Positions 57,855 through 64,000 of a stretch of 64,000 nt of DNA are shown one piece after another. The first letter of the stretch is position 1, and every line of letters begins with the position of its first letter. Both the position numbers and the translations under genes were made by a program. The notes under the pieces are model-generated. The model did no database searches and was not told the origin of the DNA. It worked only from the letters and a program-made list of their open reading frames with translations. Origin of the DNA: Tubulanus polymorphus. Taxonomy: Eukaryota > Animalia > Nemertea. The DNA lies in the NCBI RefSeq assembly GCF_964204645.1, contig NC_134029.1, positions 4,216,001 to 4,280,000 of the forward strand, written 5' to 3'.

Positions 57855-59970
57855 CGAAACGCATTCTGTTCCGACTCTAAAACTTTCTAGCTGATTAATG
57901 TAAATTACTGTTTTTGCAATTTTATATCAAGTGCCCAGTTCCACACTTGTGAGCAGAATTCGACGATGAACTATTTTGAGTTTCGAATCTTGCCCAGAAG
58001 TGTGGAGCCGGGTCAAGTTCATTTACTAAACCAGAGGCTGCATTATACGCTGAAAAATCTTTATTTTAGGGCATTTATTTAGTCTTCCTTGCTTCCTTCT
58101 TGTCTATGATATTTCATCGAAATTGAGATACCCGTTTGATATATTTGAAATATAGATCGGTAAATATGATGCATAGAATTTTGTACATTGTGAAATGAGG
58201 CATTTGTTAAAAGAAATTCATGTTTTCTGAGATCATACTCTTTCGGCATGATATTTCTTAAAGAATAAAGGTTCGAATAGTTAGGTTAGACTCATAAATT
58301 TGGCCAAATATTTTGCATCGGTAATTGGTAACCCACGAGTGAATGTAAACTTTGTTACTATTAATAGCACTCATCCCTGTATGCATTGTTTTTAAATCAA
58401 TTTATATTGTAAAAGGGTAATTGGTGCTTCTATGAAAAGATCTGTGCAATAAAACACTAGACGAAACCCGAATTTTTTTGTTGTGATTAAAGGTATTTTA
58501 GACGAGGATTTCACGTTGCTGTTCTATGATTTGATTGATGAAGTGATAAGCTGATTGGAGGAGAGGTTTTTCTCTGGAAGCTGCGTATCTCATTCAGGTC
58601 TTTTATCATCGATGAAAGCATTCTGTCCACGCAGTGACGATAATATGCTAGTAGTCTATTCCGGAAGATGACTATTTGAATATAGTTGAGACGTTGAATA
58701 AACTCGGGAAACATTACGGATTTTATTTTTCATCACTTGTGGTCTTCGTTTGTAGCATAAAGCAATGAAAATGCAGACACTTTTTAGTCAATTGTGCCCA
58801 TACTACAGACTGCAACTGCTTGTCATGATATGCGACCATCACTTGGACAGACCGACAGAAAAATCGTGTAAAATAAATCGAGAATCATTTCTACTAAGTG
58901 GCTTTATTGATTGAGAGAACAAGCCAAGGGCGGCAACGGTTTTCGGGCTCGAACTACGAAATGACTATGCGTTATTAGTTCCCATTGCATTTGGATATGT
59001 ATCTAGAGCCAATAGACGCTCAAAACTGCGTCCCTCATTTCTTTAGTATGGCTGAGCACTAGCGCGTAAAGTTTACATACTAAAACGAGAAATAAGGATT
59101 TTCCTATTGTTTATGTATATTGATGAGTGAAAAGCTGCCGTTTAGACATGACAATTAAATCAACTGCGCAGAGCTTCCCTCAATTATTGTCCTCTAGAAT
59201 TGTTAAGCTGCTACATAACTTGTTCAATATGTTATTCAATATGCGCACAGCTCGACGTCCCATCATTTCCTTCACAGAATTTTGACTTTGAATCACATTC
59301 GTATTTCACAAAACTATTAAGTCCTCGATTTTGCTGGTTTTACAATTCCCCACAGGAAAATGTCACAAGGAGTGAAATCCAGTGATTAGATCTGGTGGTT
59401 GTAAATCAATGTCTTAAATGGCAGCCGGTCACTTAACAAACTAATACAATCCTCTGTTTTGGTTCCACTCAATTTTCATAGCTATTCAAAAACACGCTAG
59501 TAGGCCTACCATGCATGACTTATCATTGTATTTCCACATCCTACCAACCTGCCCCCCCCCCAAAAAAAAATTAATTACAATTATAGTTAATGAATAAATC
59601 TTAAATCAGTTAATCTCTAAGTTGGTAACTGCCTATAAAAGGGTAAGAAAAAATCCCAACTGTATCGATCTAGGCGTACAAACCAGACACACATTTCTAA
59701 TTGCCCGTTTTACGCACGATTGAAGTAGATTCAAGCACCTATAAACGCATAATTTCCATTTAGAAGTTTCAAGGGATCAGGAGTCGTAGGGACCCTGGTG
59801 AATTGTGCTGGTTTTTTAACAGATGTCGCAGCAGTGACGCGGCCACGGGTCAGAGACGCAGCTGGACGTAACAGATTTCATCAGTTATAATTTCAAATAC
59901 ATAAACACACAGAAATACCGCTTCATTGTAAGATACTTTACCATCGCGACTCATTTGATGACGAGGAAAA

Positions 59971-60954
59971 ATGCTTCGGATTAAAACTTTATCTTTCTTC
60001 ATTATTACAATATGTACAATCATCGTAACGTTAATCATGTCTCATTTTCGTAATGATAACTTCGATATTGTCGGCCTACGGATTCCTCCCGAGGGAATGC
60101 AGCCGACATTTCCGACCGGAATAACGGATTTATACGTTAATTACAGCGTGCCGGATCATTTGAAACGGTATTTCAAGACGACCGGGTTAAAACCGTTCGA
60201 GATGCGTTTATTTCATTCGTTGATTCGTGATTTCGACGCGTTTATGAAACGGCACCATTTCGAGTACATGCTATTCGCCGGCACGCTGCTCGGGGCGTAC
60301 AGACACCACGGAATCGTGCCCTGGGACGAAGATTTCGACGTTGTCTTTCACGAAGCGGACATGCGTCGACTGGTGCAGATATTCCGCGACCCGAAAACGC
60401 GCCCGTCGAACCTCGTGCTCTGGCATTACGAAAAAGATTTCCAATGGAAGATTCATCGTCCCGGTAACAAACTGTATCGAAACGCCAGACCGTGGAACTG
60501 GCCGTTTATCGACATGTTTCAATTTTCGACGCAATCCAATACGATGCGCGGCGCTACCAGAGGACGCTTTCACACGAGTTATCGTCTCGAAGATATTTAT
60601 CCGTTAGTCGAGGTACCGTTTTTTGGACTGTGGTTACCGGCCCCGAAGCGCTGGCGCAATGTTTTGAACAAAACATTCGAAAATGGAAAGGGGATCGAGA
60701 AGAGATGTAAAAGCATCAAATATTTGCACAGAACTGAACGCGATACGAGGGATTCCATGACTATCTCGTGTTCAATGCTGAAACCGTTTGTACCATTCGT
60801 CGTTCGAACTTGCACCGATGATGTCATCGATGAACGGTTGACAATCGGTGAAAGAGTGATTTACAATTGGAAATACGAACTTCACTCACCGAAAATACCA
60901 TTCGATGAAACTATTACTTGTAGAAACGACAATTCGTTGATTAATGATACATAG
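59971..60954 (+). CDS. LicD-family (fukutin/FKRP-related) phosphotransferase, type II membrane protein, single coding exon, 327 aa
   Basis: N-terminal hydrophobic anchor FFIITICTIIVTLIM; motif YMLFAGTLLGAYRHHGIVPWDEDFDV; WPFIDMF; IYPLVEVPFFGLWLPAP; C-terminal Cys pair region. Confidence 0.9.
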   Translation: MLRIKTLSFFIITICTIIVTLIMSHFRNDNFDIVGLRIPPEGMQPTFPTGITDLYVNYSVPDHLKRYFKTTGLKPFEMRLFHSLIRDFDAFMKRHHFEYMLFAGTLLGAYRHHGIVPWDEDFDVVFHEADMRRLVQIFRDPKTRPSNLVLWHYEKDFQWKIHRPGNKLYRNARPWNWPFIDMFQFSTQSNTMRGATRGRFHTSYRLEDIYPLVEVPFFGLWLPAPKRWRNVLNKTFENGKGIEKRCKSIKYLHRTERDTRDSMTISCSMLKPFVPFVVRTCTDDVIDERLTIGERVIYNWKYELHSPKIPFDETITCRNDNSLINDT

Positions 60955-61990
60955 TCTACGGCTACCGACGTTCTCGATTCTCCATTAAGTGCTATCAGTA
61001 ACAAAAAACATTCACATATATATTTTTTTTTCAAAACATTTATTTAAAACTGAGCAAGTGTAAAATTCTGGCATATCATCAAGTCATCCAATCTCAAGAA
61101 ACTAAAAACTATGTTTGAAAATATATGGTTTTGTTATTTGTAAAATTCACATGTCACATTGAGGATAACAATTTCAAAAGTTTAAAATAATTTTCAGCAA
61201 AATTTTTATTTGAACGTGATTGGATGAACAATTGGAAAAATGAATGGCATGAAATGAGGTTAGAAATAGGATCTGATTAACAAGAAATATATTTTCGTAA
61301 TGAAATTATCAGTTTTGATTTCAAAATTAGTAAACTAATGAACTGTAACATATTTTTGGATTTTGAAATTTGAACATTTTTGATAGAAACGATTGGTTTA
61401 TGATTTTAAAAAGCAAAATACTACAAAAATGAATTTCTTAGGAGATGATTGGTTGTTGCGCCAGAAGCAGGTTATAGAGGTTGATTGAACTGATAGAACC
61501 CGGTTACCACTTACACCAGAAAACCGCCTTCATTAAAACCTCCAAGGTAAAACCAAATACTGTTAAACAGGCAAAGCAAGAAGCCTATTACCACGCCACC
61601 CGAATAATACGAAAATCTTTTAGAAAAATCAACATATCAGGCTGGTCCGTTTTCCGATATTTGGATCTGGAATCAGAATTAAAAAAGAACTAATTTTGAC
61701 TCCAGATGCAAATTTCAGTCTAGAAATTCACAGACAAGGTCCTTCGCTTTCGGTAAAAATTCCACATACCAACAATCACGATTATCGAAATTCTTACATT
61801 AACCCTCCCGGAGTCATCTCCAAAACTAGGCATCCCCGTTTAACAAATAATTTGAAATGGTTGGCTTACGATGCTGCGCTTCCCGATGCGAGTCATGCCC
61901 GAGTTCTATCAATCCCTTCAACGTGTAACCGAACTTCATCTTCAACAACCGAATCACCTCCCGATTAATGATTCGATAACAACGGGTCGT

Positions 61991-63592
61991 CTAACAGCGG
62001 CCGATGCCGCGAACAAGTACTCTTCGAATCGTCCGACGAAGAGCCTTCTTTATTCGAATAAGTCTTCCTATTATAAAAGGAGAAAATAAGAGGCAGTTTT
62101 TGATTCGAGTCTTCTTTTATACAAGTATTCTCAGTTTAACATCGTTTGAATAAGTGAGCTTACCCTTTAATCCAGTAAAACGTTTGGATTTTATTTCCTG
62201 CGCCTGCGCATCTTGTGGCTCATCGTCCACTATTTCTCGTTTTTCGTCCAACTCATTGCACTGATTTTCGACAATTTCATTGTCAACTTCGCTGTCTTTT
62301 CACACACATACATGTACAAATTCACACAGAGGTTAGCATATAAAATACACAAAGGTACATGTACAACAGTAAAATCAACTAGGCCTAGTAAATGATAATT
62401 TTGAAAATTGAATGATAATATCTATATGAAAAGTGTTGCGAGAATTCAATAAAATGCATCATTTCACCTTCCACTAATTTAGAATCCTGTTTGAGTTTTT
62501 TCTTACCCTTAATACCACATGAATTGTCGGTATTTTCCTCGGAAAGGCTTTCGGAGGATGTGGTGATCATCTCTGATTCATTGGGGCTTGGTACAGGTGC
62601 AGCTGATTCACCGTTAGGTGTCAGTGTTTGAATGACCAAATCAATTCCTATTTACCGGTAGATACAAATTCAAAACATTACTTTACTATGAAAAAAAACC
62701 TAGGCCTAGTGTATCAATAAAGTTGTGATTTTCGAAAATATTTTGTATTAGTAAAGAGATTCAGTCACCTTCCATATACTTCTGAGGTGCATCAACTTTA
62801 ATTCCTTCATAGCCCCATTGAAGGATATGAACACCCGGTAGACAAGCAATTTGTCTATTGGGCCTCGGTTCCCATATTACGTGGCCCCCTGGAATGTGAA
62901 CGGATAGCTTGAATTCCGTAGGGAGATATCTGTCTTCGACATACATCTTCCAGAAGTTTGTGCCTGGTATTTTGGACATCTTTTGTCCTACTGCCCAGCC
63001 CATGTTTTGTGCTCGAATTTGCACGAACTCTCCCGGCGATAGAGTCTCATAATGTGTGAGGATGATTGTTTTGCGTAGTCTTTCGCCCCATATTTTCATA
63101 GGGATGCCTGTGTGAATTAGATAATATGAGACGTTGCAACAACAAAAGACCTGAAAGTTAATACTACAATTCTAAAAAAGAACAAAACTATGAACGTCTT
63201 ACCAGGTATTGAGCGTACATTTTCTTCGTCATAAATCTTGCCGTCGAGGCAGAAAGTTTGTGCTTCAGAATCTGAAATAAATTTATATTCAGATTTGGAG
63301 AACAACTATTTAATGTAATGTCACTTAAAACTGACTCCGAAGCTTTTTCGTGTACGTTTAACGAGGTATCGAAATCTCTAAGAGCCATTATGCAACTTCG
63401 TTGCTAAGTAAAGATCGACCATTGCCGTGCCTGATGTGCCTGATGGCTTCAATGATGCCCATTTCAATGTTGCAATTTTCTCTGCTTTTGTTCTCTTAAT
63501 TGATCAACAATTGGCGATTTATGTTTGAGAAATATACCTTCAGGTTCAGATTCGTTCAAAAGAACATCGTTAGTTGTCGATGGATTGGCCAT
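61991..63592 (-). CDS. CBM20 (starch/glycogen-binding)-like domain protein, 283 aa, 6 coding exons
   Basis: Exons 63592-63538, 63271-63203, 63107-62769, 62647-62468, 62295-62164, 62067-61991; all GT-AG phase-1 introns, 852 nt in frame. Exon 3 has the CBM20 pattern GEFVQI...GW...M...W...EFK...VIWEPRPNR. CRE (63697-63704) and CCAAT (63716) lie just upstream. Confidence 0.7.
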
Positions 63593-64000
63593 ATTTCACT
63601 ATATTTTTAGCCCAAAGGGAGAGCGTCAAAATAGCGGAACCAGAGACACGGCGGACATAAACATTAGAATATTACCTAGTAACGTAGTTAGATCTGTGAC
63701 GTCACTGCCGCGTGGCCAATCGGTATAAAAAACGAACTATCTTGACTTGCGTGGACTGATATGTCCTCGGTGTTTTAGAATTAATGAGCAAAACCGCAGC
63801 TGACGATGTTTATTTTGACAGTTGTGATTAGAATTCATCAATTTTCTCGTTTCTCTGCTGATGAAGTTTGTCAAAACTTCGAAACTGTCAGAATAAACAG
63901 TTCAACAGTGGGTTGCTCATTAACGAAGCATCTGTTTGAAGTTCACGGTCATGAAAGGTGATTTCCACCATTTCCACTTGGGTTGTTTGTCAGAATTGTT

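Noticed and set aside
63525-63728. Plus-strand ORF with PIN/Asteroid-like LVVDG motif
   Set aside because: Short, non-ATG start, antisense to exon 1 and promoter of the CBM20-like gene; no other PIN acidic residues.

Overview
AT-rich eukaryotic (invertebrate animal) genomic DNA with short GT-AG introns, in three zones. Left (1-17.1 kb, gene-dense): last exon and probable long 3' UTR of an unidentified Ser/Thr-rich gene (+), a 5-exon sigma-class glutathione S-transferase (+), and exosome catalytic subunit DIS3/RRP44 (-), with several MITEs and a SINE. Right (49.5-64 kb, gene-dense): SMC5 (+), an intronless LicD/FKRP-family phosphotransferase (+), and a 6-exon CBM20-domain gene (-) reconstructed by hand. 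Middle (about 17.25-49.5 kb): a 32.2-kb satellite-packed block separating the divergent DIS3 and SMC5 start codons. It is bounded by a perfect 26-bp inverted repeat (readable as TA + 23-bp TIR at each end), and a 37-bp promoter segment is duplicated in direct orientation on both sides. Removing the block would leave a ~210-bp bidirectional promoter. It has no recognisable transposase but carries a 3-exon orphan gene with a clear TATA/Inr promoter, apparently non-coding spliced units ending in minisatellite exons, about ten unrelated tandem-repeat arrays and an ~890-bp pure pyrimidine tract. Gene models were read by eye; no database searches were run.
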